From Octopus sinensis (lineage: Eukaryota), in the NCBI RefSeq assembly GCF_006345805.1, contig NC_043000.1:26536001-26600000 (forward strand): a DNA stretch of 64,000 nt, written 5' to 3'. The translations under genes were made by a program, and so were the position numbers. The notes under the pieces are model-generated. The model saw only the letters and a program-made list of their open reading frames with translations, was not told the DNA's origin and searched no databases. Every line of letters starts with the position of its first letter. Position 1 is the stretch's first letter. Shown here one piece after another: positions 1 through 11,574 of this stretch.

Positions 1-108
1 TTCACTGGACCCATCTAAATAGAATTCGCAAGCGTCGCATCACTAATGGTCTTACATGGCAACCGCATCTTATCGTTTTTATATTTATTCTTAATATTAT
101 TAAGAACA

Positions 109-499
109 GGCGCGGGAGTGGCTGTGTGGTAAGTAGCTTGCTTACCACATGGTTCCTGGTCCAGTCTCACTGCGTGGCACCTTGGGCAAGTGTCTTCTAC
201 TATAGTGTCGGGCCGTATAAAGCCTTGCGAATGGATTTGGTAGACGGAAACTAAAGGAAACCCGTCATATAAATGTATATATATATATATATGTATGTAT
301 GTATGTATGCTCGGAATGGTCAGTGGCAAGAGAGGAAGAGGCTGACCAAGAACCCGCTGGCTTGACACCATCAAGAGTGATACCGGAATGGACATAGCCA
401 ATCTGAAAGAAGCGGCCCAGGATAGAACTGACTGGAGGACACTGATCCAACGAGTAACCGAGAGTCGACTTTGACTGAGCCGATAGATAGATAGATATA

Positions 500-554
<55 letters not shown>

Positions 555-762
555 ATATGTTTGTCCCCCAACATCGCTTGACAACCGATGGTGGTGTATT
601 TACGTCCCTGTAACTTAGCAGTTGGGCAAGAAAGACCGATAGAATTAGTACTAGGCTTACAAAGAATAAGTCCTGGGATCGATTTGCTCGACTAAAGGCG
701 GTGCTCCAGCATGGCCGCAGTCAAATGACTGAAACAAGTAAAAGTGTAAAAGAGTAAAAGAG
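109..762 (+). mobile_element. Composite tRNA-derived SINE B/C with internal microsatellite, interrupted by an RTE fragment
   Basis: Head 109-266 (GGCGCGGGAGTGGCTGTGTGGTAAG...CCTTGGGCAAGTGTCTT...GACGGAAACT), then (TA)/(TG)n, then tail 557-762 (GCTTGACAACCGATG...GGTCGATTTGCTCGACTAAAGGCGGTGCTCCAGCATGG...CAAATGACTGAAACAAG). The same modules recur many times in the window. Confidence 0.85.
309..497 (+). mobile_element. RTE-clade LINE 3' end fragment with (GATA)n tail
   Basis: Translates as LGMVSGKRGRG*PRTRWLDTIKSDTGMDIANLKEAAQDRTDWRTLIQRVTESR, the typical RTE/BovB C-terminus (G.R.RGRP..RW.D, A.DR..WR). Ends in a short tandem repeat. Confidence 0.8.
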
Positions 763-852
763 ATAGATAGGTAGATACTTCCATCCATCCATCATCCATC
801 CATCCATCCAACCATCCATCCATACATACATACATCCATACATACATACAAC

Positions 853-993
853 TGTCTTTCATACAATTTCCGTCTGCCAAGTTCACTCACTAGGTTTATG
901 GTCGAACGGGAGCCCAAGGTTTCGCATAGTGGGACAACTGGAAAATACGAGGTTGCAGAATGAGTTTCTTGACCATACAGCCATAACTGCGCC
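853..993 (-). mobile_element. SINE B head, degraded
   Basis: Reverse-complement similarity to 109-266 (TTTCCGTCT...CATAGTGGGAC...CCATACAGCCA...GCGCC). Confidence 0.7.
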
Positions 994-1139
994 TGTATTA
1001 ATTACTATTTTATCATATCTATAATTGTTTCTTTTTGACTAAATCCTAAAAACGCCCTCACCTGCCAATACTAAATAACACAAAACATATTTGTCTGACA
1101 TTCTACTGTATTTTTTTGTATTAATCACACTGCTGCTGA

Positions 1140-1391
1140 GACCCCTTTCGGTCATGGCTGACCATGGGATTGCACCTAGAAAGTTACCCTCCCAGGCCTC
1201 TCCACGCCACCAGTGTTATCCAAGGGAAAGGCAAGGCACCTGTGACGTCGCAACTCATTTCTACAGCTGAAGGAACTAGAGCAACGTAAAATAAAGTGTA
1301 TTGCTCAAGAACACAGCACGCAGCCCGGTCCGGGATTCGAACTCACAACCTCACGATCATAAGCTCGACGCTCTAACCACTGAGTCATGCG
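1140..1391 (-). mobile_element. tRNA-derived SINE D (CORE/V-like middle), internally deleted
   Basis: Minus strand reads GTGGTTAGAGCGTCGAGC...GAGTTCGAATCCCGG (A and B boxes), then GTGTTCTTGAGCAA...GCTCTAGTTCCTTCAGCTG. Tail matches 7987-8253 and 42773-43035. Confidence 0.8.
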
Positions 1392-1824
1392 ATTTCACAT
1401 TAGTCACAACACCAAGTAAAATACCATTGATTGCCGTGGGGTTTTATCAATCCAACAACGCTACGCAACGGCGATTCACAATGATGAAAGGGGAAAGGTA
1501 AACTTCAGCGAGATTTCAAACTCAAAAATAAGATCCTGGATTAAACCCTGTCATCACACCGATGTCATCTTCATCAGTTTAATTAAGTAGTGGTGTTGCA
1601 GATGATGTTGGTGATTATGACGATGAGGATGATGTACAAAAAGGCATCTTACGCCTGTGTTTGGAGTTATGTCGAACAGGTTGAAGAGCATTGGGGTAGT
1701 CTATCTACTGCAGGGCAAACGAACAAGCGAGCTGATATTTCCTTCAAAATTACCAAAAATGTACCAAAAACTCCAAATAAACAAGAGATAGATAGATAGA
1801 TAGGTAGATAGATAAATAGATAGG

Positions 1825-1894
<70 letters not shown>

Positions 1895-1897
<3 letters not shown>

Positions 1898-2300
1898 GAG
1901 GGAACAACAAAGAAGGTGTAATAGTTTGACTCTTGGGAATGGAAGAGTCTTTGACGTTTCGAACTCATGTTCTTCTACAGAGAGGAACGAGGAGAGAAAA
2001 CAGAAGGAGAGAGAGGGAAAAACAGCCCCAGAAATGAAAAGCTAAAAACGTGTCGCGAATAACATGTTGCATATGTTGAATTGCAGCATATCTTCTTCAT
2101 TGGTCTTCTGTTTAGGGATACTCTTTAGTCACAAGCTAGGAAACTAGCGGGTAGGGTAGGCTCTACTATTTAAGCATATTTCTAGTATTAAGCAGGCTGG
2201 GAGACAGCTCTCTACCCCTGGCAAAAACTGGTTCCTGGTTCTACAGGTAGGCTCCGATGATATCATGTAATTTGTCGATAAGTAAGTCACATGCCCTGTT
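1895..2300 (-). mobile_element. Penelope-like element 3' remnant: decayed GIY-YIG C-terminus followed by pseudo-LTR with hammerhead-like motif
   Basis: Minus strand shows a PVEPGTSFCQ...CL-type remnant (2050-2300, weak) directly upstream of CTGTAGA-A-GAAC-ATGA-GTTC-GAAA-CG-TC (1947-1985), homologous to family F. Confidence 0.45.
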
Positions 2301-2334
2301 CTTGGGGCGGGTAATCATAGGCCATTAAGCTATC

Positions 2335-2525
2335 GGCCTCATTTGCTGTACCACTTTTGCCAAACCGCTAAGAGGTAAACAAATTGACATCGGTTGTCAA
2401 GTGATATGGGGAGGACAAACACACACACATATATACATATATGTGTATATATTTCCACACAATTTCCGTCTAGCACGTTCACTCACAGGTCATTGGTCGA
2501 TCCGGGGCTGTAGTAGAAGACTTGC
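2335..2525 (-). mobile_element. SINE B/C partial
   Basis: TTTTGCCAAACCGCTAAG...CATCGGTTGTCAAG and TTTCCGTCT...GGTCGATCCGGGGCTGTAGTAGAAGAC, the reverse complement of B/C modules. Confidence 0.7.
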
Positions 2526-2715
2526 GTTCTTGGAGCGAGTAGTCAAAGACCAATAAACTCCTTCGGTGGGGTCTTTATCTTGCTCCGGTGCTTGGTTGTG
2601 TTGGCCGTCTCACTGCTCCGTTGAGGATGACCAACAAGAGCCGGAGCTTGCAGATGATTTAGAGCTGATTGATAGATTCGGCTGCAATCTAGCTATATAT
2701 ATAATATATATATAG

Positions 2716-2746
<31 letters not shown>

Positions 2747-2747
<1 letters not shown>

Positions 2748-3064
2748 GGCTTCGGGCTGTGTCCCACTGCGTGGCAACTTGGGCAAGTGTCTTCTACTAT
2801 AGCCTCGGGCTGACCAAAGCCTTGTAAGTAAATTTGGTAGGCGGGAACTGAAAGAAATCCGTCATGTTTGTGTGTCTCTATTTGTCCACTTCAACATCAC
2901 TTGGTAACCGATGCTGGTGTGTTTACGTCTCCGTAACTCAGCGGTTTGGCAAAAGAGTCCGATAGGACAAGTACTATGCTTACAAAGAATAAGTTCTGGG
3001 GTCGATTTGTTCGATTAAAGACGACCGCAATCAAATGACTGAAGAAGTGTAAAAGAGTAAAAGA
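2747..3064 (+). mobile_element. SINE B/C, 5'-truncated
   Basis: GTCCCACTGCGTGGCAACTTGGGCAAGTGTCTTCTACTATAGCCTCGGGC...AAATGACTGAAG; collinear with 109-762. Confidence 0.85.
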
Positions 3065-3078
3065 ATATATATATATAT

Positions 3079-3390
3079 ATCACCGTGATCACCGTGACCG
3101 ACCAGGCTATCAGATGTTGCTACACATCGATGGTCACAATGCGCTTCGCATTGTTTTAGCCTTCAAATAATGCCACCCCCGCTGACTAAGCGAGCAGGCC
3201 AACAGAAGAAACAGTGAGAGAAAGTTGTGGCGAAAGAGTACAGCAGGGATCGGCACCACCCCCTGCAGGAGCTTCGTGGAGCTTTAGGCGTTTTCGCTCA
3301 ATAAACAATCACAACGCCCGGTCTGGGAATTGAAACCGCGATCCTATGACCGCGAGTCCGCTGCCCTAACCACGGGGCCATTGCACTCCC
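3079..3390 (-). mobile_element. tRNA(Arg)-like SINE E with tail H ending in (CACGGTGAT)2
   Basis: Minus strand reads TGGCCCCGTGGTTAGGGCAGCGGACTCGCGGTCATAGGATCGCGGTTTCAATTCCC, resembling tRNA-Arg. Possibly an octopus OR-type SINE (unverified). Confidence 0.8.
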
Positions 3391-3612
3391 ATAACACACA
3401 CACACACACACATATATATATACATATATATATAAATACATATATATAATATAATATATATATATATAATATATATATATATGTTAATACCTATAGATAT
3501 ATATATGCATACATACATGCATACATACATATATACATATATGTATTATATATATATATATATATATGATATATATATATATACATATATGTTATATATA
3601 TATATATATATA

Positions 3613-3651
<39 letters not shown>

Positions 3652-4507
3652 GTATGTATGTATAGCGGTGGTCCAGCATGCTTGCAGTCAAATGACTGAA
3701 ACAAATAAATAGAATAGATATATATTATATATATATAATATATATATATTATATATATATACATACAACATAATATATACACATATACTATAACATAGTA
3801 TATATATATATATATATACATACACATATATACATACAACTACATACATACATACATACATATATACATACATACATACACATATACATACACATGCACA
3901 CACACATTCACTGTGTTTCTGATACGCACTTTGTACATACGGATATAAGCTTTGCCAAACATATTCACAGTGTATATAATTATAACTTACGCAATCGTAA
4001 AATACTTATGTAGATATAAGTCACACACACACACACACACATACATGCGTTTGTGTGCGCATACTATGAACAGGAAATTAGAAATATAAATATTTATCCC
4101 AAATTATAGCAGACCGCCGAATACACATACACACACGCGCGCGCGCAAAAGGAGCAATGACATTTTTTTCATTTAAAAACTGCTGATTCAAACAGGTTTG
4201 CAGTTATTTCATTCCTTTAAAAGATTTTCAGTATGGGCTCTCAAAATGGCGAAATACACAATATGCAAGTTCTACTAAATTTCGCACTTAATCACAACTT
4301 GAAAATCTTTCAAAAGAAGTTCAATGATTCTATATCCGTTGCAGTCAGTATTTTACTAAGATTTTCTACTCTCAAATATACACACACTCGTAAAACATAC
4401 ATATATACATACAAAATACATACACACATAAATATGTAAAGTATTAATGAAGTTCAGCATATAATAAGATTCACAAATACATACATACGTAACATGCATG
4501 CATGCAT

Positions 4508-4577
<70 letters not shown>

Positions 4578-4578
<1 letters not shown>

Positions 4579-4769
4579 ACGGAAGGTTTACGAAATTAAA
4601 CAAAAGACGAAGGCAGGTGGAGTACAAACAAATAATGTATTAGTATGGCGCTCAGGAATAGAAATAAAACAAGTCTTTTACATTTCGAGCCTACGCTCTT
4701 CGACAGAAAGATACACAGAAAGGAAACAAGGAGAGAAACAAGGAGAGAAAAAAATTGCGTGTAGGGGCT
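4578..4769 (-). mobile_element. Family F short PLE-end element with hammerhead-like motif (4676-4710)
   Basis: Minus strand reads CTTT-CTGTCGA-A-GAGC-GTAG-GCTC-GAAA-TG-TA-AAAG; the 3' end abuts (TA)n. Confidence 0.7.
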
Positions 4770-5180
4770 TACGTCGGTTGCGACGACGAGGATTCCAGTT
4801 GATTCGATCAACGGAACAGCCTGCTCGTGAAATCAACGTGCAAGTGGTTAAGCACTCCACTGACACGTGTACCCTTAACGTAGTTCTCGGGGGAGATTCA
4901 GCGTGACATAGAGTGTCCCCCCTCTGAAATACAGGTATAATGGAAACAGGAAGAAAGAGAGAGAGCGAGAGAGAGAGAGAGCGAGAGAGAGAGCGAGAGA
5001 GAGAGAGAGAGAGAGAGTTGTGGTGGAAGAATACAGCAGGGTTCGCCACCACTCCCTGTCGGAGCCTCGTGGAACTTTAGCTGTTTCGCTCAATAAATAA
5101 TCACAACGCCCAGTTGGAGAATCGAAACCGCAATCCTACGATCACGAGTCCGTTGCCCTAACCACTGCGCCATTTCGCCT
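4770..5180 (-). mobile_element. SINE E head joined to tail G through a (CT)n tract
   Basis: Head matches 3079-3390 (TGGCGCAGTGGTTAGGGCAACGGACTCG...GGTTTCGATTC), but the tail differs (ACCTGTATTTCAGAG...GTTCCGTTGATCGAATCAACTGGAATCCTCGTCGTCGCAACCGACG). Confidence 0.8.
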
Positions 5181-5374
5181 ACACACACACACACAAGCTG
5201 TTTCTCCATTAGTGAGAAACTCGAAAAATAAAATTAAGATCGAACATACAGATTTACATACATAAATACATAAGGCAGATAAAAAAATCCAAAGGAAAGA
5301 AAAACCCAACCCAAAAAAACCCAACAAAAAAAAAAAAAAAAAAAAAAACGAAAGTACACGGAACCTGACACTTA

Positions 5375-5790
5375 AGGCAGCGAGCTGGCAGAATCGTTAG
5401 CACGCCGGGCGAAATGCTTAGCAGTATTTCGTCTGTCTTTACATTCTGAGTTCAAATTCCGCAGAAGTCGACTTTGCCTCTTGCGCACTGGTATCGATGA
5501 CATCGATTTAATCCCCTCCTCCAAGCTGCCCTTGTGGCAAAAATTTGAAATCATTATGAAGTTGATGTTTAAGGCAGCGGGCTGGCAGAACTGTTAACAC
5601 GCCTCGCAAAATACATAGCAGCGTTTAGTTCGTCTGTACGTTCTAAGTTCAAATTTCGCCAAGGTCGACTTTGCCTTTCATCCTTTCTGAGTCGATAAAA
5701 TAAGTACCAGTTGAGTACTGAGGTCGATGTATTCGACTCATCCCCTCCCCTAAAATTGCAGGCCTTTTGGTAAAATTTGAAATCACTATT
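5375..5790 (+). mobile_element. Two adjacent SINE A copies (5375-5560, 5572-5790)
   Basis: A box TGGCAGAATCG, B box GAGTTCAAATTCC, central GAGGTCGACTTTGCCTTTCATCCTTT...GTCGATAAAATAAGTACCAG (resembles the MetaSINE Meta domain from recollection), tail type 1 (AAAATT...GGCCTT). Confidence 0.85.
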
Positions 5791-6193
5791 AAGCTGACGC
5801 TTAAAGAAGGAAAAAAGTTGTACGTACTTAAGTACATGCCTGCACACGCAAATTTCCAGCTATAATTATTGGATACGTGATCAACTGCCTCAGTAACAAT
5901 CTTGAGAAGCTAGGATTCCCAAAACCAGAAAAGAACACGTTTGATCAGGTGATTACAGATATAAGCCATCAAAGGGATTCTTCAATATGTAAGTCATTTA
6001 CAAAGTATAGCATGCAGTAAGTGCACTCTCTTCTCTCTCTCCCTCTCTCTCTCACACACACATACATACACACACAGATTCATATATATATATAGAGAGA
6101 GAGACGTATGTAATGATGCCGATGCTAGTACTCATGCATGCGTGTGTACATTTCTACATAAAGATGCATGAATATACATATATGAGCGACGTG

Positions 6194-6280
<87 letters not shown>

Positions 6281-6296
6281 TGTGTGCGTGTGTGTA

Positions 6297-6462
6297 CCGC
6301 TAAATCCACAACTTTTTTATTCTCTCTATTTATTTTCTCTTATTCCTTTCTGTTGAAGAGCGTAGGCTCGAAACTTAAAGGACTTTCTCACTTTCATATT
6401 GAGATCCCAAGTTGTTGTTCATACACCTATCTTCGTCTTTTGTTTTTCTGTAACTTTGAACT
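6297..6462 (+). mobile_element. Family F short PLE-end element with hammerhead-like motif (6345-6382)
   Basis: Starts CGCTAAATCCAC; contains CCTTT-CTGTTGA-A-GAGC-GTAG-GCTC-GAAA-CT-TA-AAGG; ends TTTGAAC then (TA)n. Confidence 0.75.
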
Positions 6463-6515
6463 ATATATATATATGTACATATACATATATCTAGACATAT
6501 GAATATATGAACATA

Positions 6516-6588
<73 letters not shown>

Positions 6589-7065
6589 TATTAAATGAGT
6601 AATACAGGAGACGGCGTGTAACTAGAAGCATTTATTAGCGCAACAATCGTCTCGGCTTCATTCTGCACTGCTCCCTAGTGGGCATGGGATGATGTAATGA
6701 AACCAGATGCAACGCACACTGCAAAATAGCCTCATCAGGTGACTTAAGATGCTTCAAATGTTCGCAGGTTTACATTTCATTTTCGCCTGAAGTTATATGC
6801 TGATAATGAGATTCCACCAGTTCAGACACCTTGTTGTGCTAATAATTGCTTCTGTATTAATCATTTAAAATATACCCTGCGCGCACCTCGGAACGTAAAT
6901 CCAAAGACGAACGCATAGTATCACTGATGACGCCTGGTAGCCATAAGCATTGAACGTGCTCTGCACGCACATTACCTGAGACTTACCCTGAAACAAGGTT
7001 TGGATACTGCATTTAATGCCTACTTTCTAAACCTTTATTCTTTAATTCAAAATTTAAGTTAAATT

Positions 7066-7138
<73 letters not shown>

Positions 7139-7141
<3 letters not shown>

Positions 7142-7445
7142 ATAAAACGGTAAGATAACAAAAGAAAGAAGAGACCTCAATATATGTAAATAGAGGAAAT
7201 TTATCTATACAATATGTTACATTACTCGGTAGTCAAGATAAAACTCTGAGTTTCAGATGCCGAAGTGGAAATCCACAACACCATCTCTTCGGTTATCTGG
7301 CTATTTGAAAACGTTATGAAAAAATACCGTTAACGTTTTCAAATAGCCAGATAACCGAAGAGATGGTGTTGTGGATTTCCACTTCGGCATCTGAAACTCA
7401 GAGTTTTATCTTGACTACCGAGTAATGTAACATATTGTATAGATA
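7139..7445. repeat. Perfect 115-bp inverted repeat (7202-7316 / 7331-7445, 14-nt spacer) bounded by (TA)n
   Basis: Base-by-base reverse-complement identity of the two arms. The left copy extends a further ~63 bp to the (TA)n at 7073-7138. Confidence 0.95.
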
Positions 7446-7568
7446 TATATTATATATATATATATATATATAGATAATAGATAGATAGATATGTATATGT
7501 ATATCGATATCTATGTATATGATATGTATATCTATATATATATATATTATATATATATATATATATAG

Positions 7569-7607
<39 letters not shown>

Positions 7608-7687
7608 TATACTACTCATGTCACGTTCTCCCCATGTCTGTATCTTCAGTTCAGGCACTGAATCAAGTATTTGAAGCATGTATCAAC

Positions 7688-7723
<36 letters not shown>

Positions 7724-7844
7724 TGAGAAGCCACAACGACCTTGCGTAGTTTGAAAGTGTGGGTGGATGTGAAAAGAAGTGGAGTAGATGGTGGACGTTC
7801 TTGAAAGTATTACTCAATGTCGGGTTTTCCATTTCTTCCCTCTG

Positions 7845-7966
7845 ACCACTGACGCTCGGGAAAGTGAGGAAATCTTTTAAGTTTCGAGCCTACGCTCTTC
7901 AACAGAAAGGAATAAGAAAAAGTAAACAGAGAGAGAGAATAAAAGATCTTGTGGATTTAGCGATAT
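7845..7966 (-). mobile_element. Family F element with hammerhead-like motif (7874-7909)
   Basis: Minus strand begins CGCTAAATCCAC like 6297; contains CTTT-CTGTTGA-A-GAGC-GTAG-GCTC-GAAA-CT-TA-AAAG. Confidence 0.75.
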
Positions 7967-7986
7967 ATATATATATATATATATAT

Positions 7987-8253
7987 GACCCCCTTCGGTC
8001 AGACACTGACCATGGGTTTGCACCTAGAGAGTTACCCTCTGAGGCACAAGTCTGGGCAAGGTTGTTTTATGGAAGACCAGCAGTCGCCCATGCATACCGG
8101 CCTCCCCTCTCCACGTCACCGATGTTGTCCAAGGGAACGGCAAGGGCCGATACAGCTTGGCACCTGTGACGTCGCAACTCATTTCTATAGCTGAGTGAAC
8201 TGGAGCAACGTGAAATAAAGTGTCTTGCTCAAGAACACAAAACGCAGCCCGGT
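7987..8253 (-). mobile_element. SINE D, 5'-truncated
   Basis: GACCCCCTTCGGTCA...TGCACCTAGA...GGCACCTGTGACGTCGCAACTCATTTCT...CTTGCTCAAGAACACA; matches 1140-1391 and 42773-43035. Confidence 0.85.
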
Positions 8254-8464
8254 CATATATATATATATATTACTCTCACCATATATTGTGGTGAGAGTAA
8301 GAGTGTATTCGATTTAGTGGTACCTCATACATCACTGGTACTGGTACAGGGGAAAGAACAAAAGGCAAAACAACACAAACAGGGATTCGCACCCGAGAGT
8401 GAATCTGACTTTGATCCACCGATTGCGCTGTCCCGAAGACTACGGCACTAATGCTGTTCACAAC

Positions 8465-8751
8465 AGTGATGATGATGATGATGATGATGATGCTAATGAT
8501 GACAACGTTCACGATGTTGATGATATGATAGTGGTGACAATGAAGATCATGCTGTTAACGATGATAGTGGTGGTAGTGATGACGTTAATGGGTTGGTAGC
8601 GCTGACGATGATGAAGATGAGGATGATATTGAAGATGGTGACGATGATGATGATAATGATGATTACCATGGCGCTGAGTTTTAAAATTTTAATAAAGATT
8701 TCAATTATGAAAGAAGCTATTAATTTTTGCATCACGATCATTGGATTCGTT

Positions 8752-8791
<40 letters not shown>

Positions 8792-8801
8792 TTTCTCTAT
8801 C

Positions 8802-8851
<50 letters not shown>

Positions 8852-8930
8852 ATCTATATACGTATGTATGTATGTATCTATGTATGTATGTATCTGTCTC
8901 TCTCTCTCTCTCTCTCTTACTTTCTCTATC

Positions 8931-9012
<82 letters not shown>

Positions 9013-9360
9013 ATATGTACGTATGTATGTATGTATGTATGTATGTATGTATGTATGTATGTATGTATGTATGTATGTATGTATGTATGTATGTATGTAT
9101 GTATGTATGTATGTATGTATGTATGTATGTATGTATGTATGTATGTATGTATGTATGTATGTATCTGTCTCTCTCTCTCTCTCTGTCTCTATCTATATAC
9201 ATATGTATGTATGCATGTTCGTATGTTTGTATGCATGCATGTATGTATCTATCTAGCTATCTCTCTATATACGAATGTATGTATGTATGTATGTATGTAT
9301 GTATGTATGTGTCTGACTGTCTGTCTGTGTCTCCTTCCCTCCCTTCCTCTCTCTCATTCT
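8465..9360. repeat. Compound microsatellite block: (GAT)n, (CT)n, (TCTA)n, (TATG)n
   Basis: Direct reading; includes a duplicated (CT)n-TTACTTTCTCTATCATC-(TATC)n unit at ~8755 and ~8895. Confidence 0.95.
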
Positions 9361-9672
9361 CTATCGATTTACCTGCCCCTTTACCCATCTATCCATGTCT
9401 CTGCTCCAGCATGGACGAAATCGAAAGGCTACGACTAGTAAACAATAAGTAAAAAAAAAAAAAAACATCAAAAAATAATACAAGAATAACAGAACAAAAG
9501 AATATATGTTTTTACATTTTTTCTCTTCTTTTTCTCGGATAGAACGTAACTGTTTGTTGCTTAGCAACGCTTCAGGCGATCGGTGACATAGCCAACAACA
9601 GCAATGGCTGTGCGGCAAACCCCCTTCCTGATTATACAGCAGCAGCAGCAGCAGCAGCAGCAATGACAATAA

Positions 9673-9772
9673 NNNNNNNNNNNNNNNNNNNNNNNNNNNN
9701 NNNNNNNNNNNNNNNNNNNNNNNNNNNNNNNNNNNNNNNNNNNNNNNNNNNNNNNNNNNNNNNNNNNNNNNN
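9673..9772. other. Assembly gap, 100 N
   Basis: Run of exactly 100 N, typical of a scaffolding gap of unknown true size. Confidence 0.99.
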
Positions 9773-10057
9773 AGTTTTTTTTTTGTTTTGGAGTGAAAGG
9801 GAGAAATGGATAAACACACACACACAAGTAGATACATGTTGTATTTGATGACCTATAAGACGTTCCTTTCCCTAAAAGTTGTCTCAAAAAATTAATTCCC
9901 ATATCCGGGTCCTATATGTACAAAGTGGGGCCTATTATACATGCTGCGACGCACTAAAAATGGTTTTTTTCCCTGCAGAAATTGTGGTGCGTTTAATATG
10001 ACCGTGTCTTTTATGGTATCAAATACGGTGGTGTGTATGTGTGTGTGTGTGTGTTTG

Positions 10058-10202
10058 CAGGAGTGGCTATGTGGTAAAAAGCTTGCTTCGCAACCACATT
10101 GCCCCGGTTCAGTACCACTGCGTGGCACCTTGGACAGACCAAAGACTTTTAAGTGGATTTGGTTGATAGAAACAGAAAGAAGACCATGTGTGTGTGTGTG
10201 TG

Positions 10203-10234
<32 letters not shown>

Positions 10235-10460
10235 CGCGCGCGTGTGTGATATATATATATTATGTATATATTATATATATATATATTATATAGATATATA
10301 TATATATATATATGCGGTTCGGCAAAAGACAACCGATAAAATAAGTACTAAGCTTAAAAAGAATATGTTCTGGGGTTGATTTCTTCGGTTAAAGAATTCT
10401 TTAAGGCGGTGCTCCAGCATATCCGCAGTCAATGACCAACCCAAGGGAAGAATAAACGAA
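10058..10460 (+). mobile_element. SINE B/C with expanded internal (TG)n/(TA)n
   Basis: Head GCAGGAGTGGCTATGTGGTAAAAAGC...GCGTGGCACCTTGG; tail GCGGTTCGGCAAAAGAC...GGCGGTGCTCCAGCAT...GTCAATGAC. Confidence 0.8.
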
Positions 10461-10535
10461 TATGTATAATATATATATATATATATATATATATTTAACA
10501 AAGTGAAGTTGTAAGGTACCGCACGAGTGGAATTA

Positions 10536-10594
10536 TATATGAAAGAAGGTTTGAAAATGCATTTAAAATTGTATTTTCAACCTTCCTTCATATA
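10536..10594. mobile_element. Ultra-short mariner-like hairpin MITE in TA context
   Basis: TATATGAAAGAAGGTTTGAAAATGCA...TGTATTTTCAACCTTCCTTCATATA; imperfect ~25-bp inverted arms resembling TACGAGGG-type mariner termini. Confidence 0.5.
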
Positions 10595-10605
10595 TACATA
10601 CATAT

Positions 10606-10653
<48 letters not shown>

Positions 10654-10659
10654 TAGTAG

Positions 10660-11000
10660 GTAAACGTTAAAAAAACACAAACTGGGACAAAACGTGAAAC
10701 ATTTTGAAGACGGCAAAAAAACACACAGACGGGACTTTCGAAGCTCTCAGCCATCAGTCAAGAACCAGATCATCTTCGCAATTTCGGCTGATTAATCTTG
10801 AGATTGCTCCAATCTGGGCAGCCAACCAAGGGAAATCTAAGCCAATCGCATTAGATTCCTTGGAAGAAAACCTCGAAAGTATACAACACGGTGACGGAAA
10901 AACGGACGATGTTACTCGAAAAAAAATTCAAAAATACGTAAAAACAATAAAGAAAGCACGGATAAAAATACAAAATAACGTAAAAACAATCATAACAAGC
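10660..11000 (-). mobile_element. Probable PLE pseudo-LTR of a second family
   Basis: Minus strand has a CTGATG-GCTGAGAGC-TTC-GAAA-GTC degenerate hammerhead-like motif followed by a T-rich end running into (TA)n, the same architecture as family F. Confidence 0.35.
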
Positions 11001-11284
11001 ATATATATGCGAAGAACTGTACATATCCATATTTAATTCATATTGTGCGTTCATATGTATCTAAATGTAATTCAATTGTGTGCATGTGTGTGTGACACAT
11101 GGCTTTCGGTGCGATCCCGCGCAAAGGGAACACCTTCTACCGTACCACCAGTTCCAGTGTAATTTGGTTAACAGTAACTTTAACGAGGCTGATGGATGAA
11201 TTTCATTCTGGTTCTTCTTTGGAAGACAATCCATTACTGAACACCACTATACATTATATATATATTCTCTGTTTAGTTTCTCAT

Positions 11285-11410
11285 GTTCCTTTCTGTTGAA
11301 GAGCGTAGGCTCGAAAGGTAACAGACTTTCTCACCTTCCCGCGCGTCAAACTAATACACCTGTTTGTTGGTTATACACCTGTCTTTTGTTTTTGTGTAAA
11401 TTTCAACTAA
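11285..11410 (+). mobile_element. Family F element with hammerhead-like motif (11289-11324)
   Basis: CCTTT-CTGTTGA-A-GAGC-GTAG-GCTC-GAAA-GG-TA-ACAG. Confidence 0.7.
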
Positions 11411-11454
11411 TACAAACGCACACACTCACCCATATATGTATACATATAGAGAGG

Positions 11455-11558
11455 GCTTCATTCACAGGGCTTTGGTCGACCCAACACTATAGTAGAAGAC
11501 ACTTGCCTAAGGTTCCACACAGTGGGACTGAACCCAGAACCACGTGGTTAGGAAGCCT
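11455..11558 (-). mobile_element. SINE B head
   Basis: GGGCTTTGGTCGACCC...TAGTAGAAGACACTTGCCTAAGG...CAGTGGGACTGAACCC. Confidence 0.75.
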
Positions 11559-11574
11559 CTAATATAGATATTAG

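Noticed and set aside
5375-5470. tRNA genes suggested by A and B boxes in SINE heads
   Set aside because: Spacing and cloverleaf are not intact, and the heads continue into SINE bodies present in many copies.
6921-6970. CTGATGA-CGCC... possible further hammerhead
   Set aside because: The 3' strand of stem II and GAAA are not preserved; at best a decayed PLE remnant.
8270-8300. 12-bp hairpin TTACTCTCACCA/TGGTGAGAGTAA and possible LTR start TGTGG
   Set aside because: Too short, with no second LTR, primer-binding site or polypurine tract.
8593-9452. Long ORFs such as 281 aa at 8593-9438 and the many YI/CV/HT/LS-repeat ORFs throughout
   Set aside because: They are translations of (TA)n, (CA)n, (TCTA)n and (TATG)n, which lack stop codons in some frames; no domain content.
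9541-9672. Possible plus-strand exon after a pyrimidine tract (NVTVCCLATLQAIGDIANNSNGCAANPLPDYTAAAA)
   Set aside because: It runs into the N gap, has no donor site or recognisable homology, and is partly (CAG)n.
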